DNA from: Microgenomates group bacterium Gr01-1014_5
GTDB lineage: Bacteria; Patescibacteriota; Microgenomatia; UBA8517; UBA10165
DNA length: 37,759 nucleotides
Direction of reading: 5' to 3'
Assembly: GCA_007376395.1 (NCBI GenBank)
Contig: VMGE01000008.1
Location: 1 to 37,759, forward strand
Shown here: one piece after another, positions 37,592 to 37,759 of the stretch
Layout of the letters: each line of letters opens with the position of its first letter
Position numbering within the stretch: the first letter of the stretch is position 1
Position numbers and translations under genes: made by a program
The notes under the pieces: model-generated
What the model was told of the DNA's origin: nothing
What the model saw: the letters and a program-made list of their open reading frames with translations, nothing else
The model's database searches: none

Positions 37592-37601
37592 TGTTAAATT
37601 A

Positions 37602-37759
37602 ATGAATTTCAACATTCGTAACAAATTTCTTTTATTAAGCGCGATGTATGCGCTTCTCGGATTACTTGGTTTACTCCTCCTTTCATTTAGTTGGCTACCT
37701 CCAGGGAACGCAATCGTAGGACATGATTCAGGCCTTCCGCTTGATGCAAATGAATTTCT
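37602..37759 (+). CDS. Membrane protein N-terminus (3' end outside window), possibly another GT-C/AftD-like protein
   Basis: MNFNIRNKF, a TM helix, then GHDSGLPLD. Confidence 0.55.
   Translation, partial: MNFNIRNKFLLLSAMYALLGLLGLLLLSFSWLPPGNAIVGHDSGLPLDANEF

Noticed and set aside
1-37759. UGA-to-Gly/Trp recoding (code 25/4), CRISPR arrays, tRNA/rRNA, transposases
   Set aside because: TGA acts as a stop in many ATGA/GTGA overlaps, and the broken genes are frameshifts, not in-frame TGA. There is no spacer-repeat pattern, intergenic room or transposase motif.

Overview
This 37.8 kb window is a very gene-dense cell-surface glycosylation island. It has about 38 CDS in 13 alternating strand blocks. 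I saw no rRNA, tRNA, CRISPR array or transposase. Standard code 11 is used: TGA serves as a stop in ATGA/GTGA overlaps. The compact layout, near-leaderless starts and gene families suggest a Patescibacteria/CPR (Microgenomates-like) genome, but that is inference. Transferases: GT4, GT2 and GT10 soluble enzymes, polyprenol-phosphate sugar synthases, and GT-C-type membrane transferases (ArnT/PMT-like, PIG-V-like, and a three-copy family with two disrupted copies). Modifying and pathway genes: eight SAM methyltransferase genes or domains, a UDP-L-FucNAc pathway with FnlB split in two, a DegT aminotransferase, an AsnB-type amidotransferase, three further SDR epimerases, a minimal GMC oxidoreductase, and a HAD/2x nucleotidyltransferase/cupin/GDPD module. 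Non-coding structure: all six divergent junctions carry a shared two-way -10 element, convergent genes abut or overlap, and a heptamer repeat sits inside a methyltransferase-GT2 fusion. All product calls come from motif recognition by eye; no database search was run.
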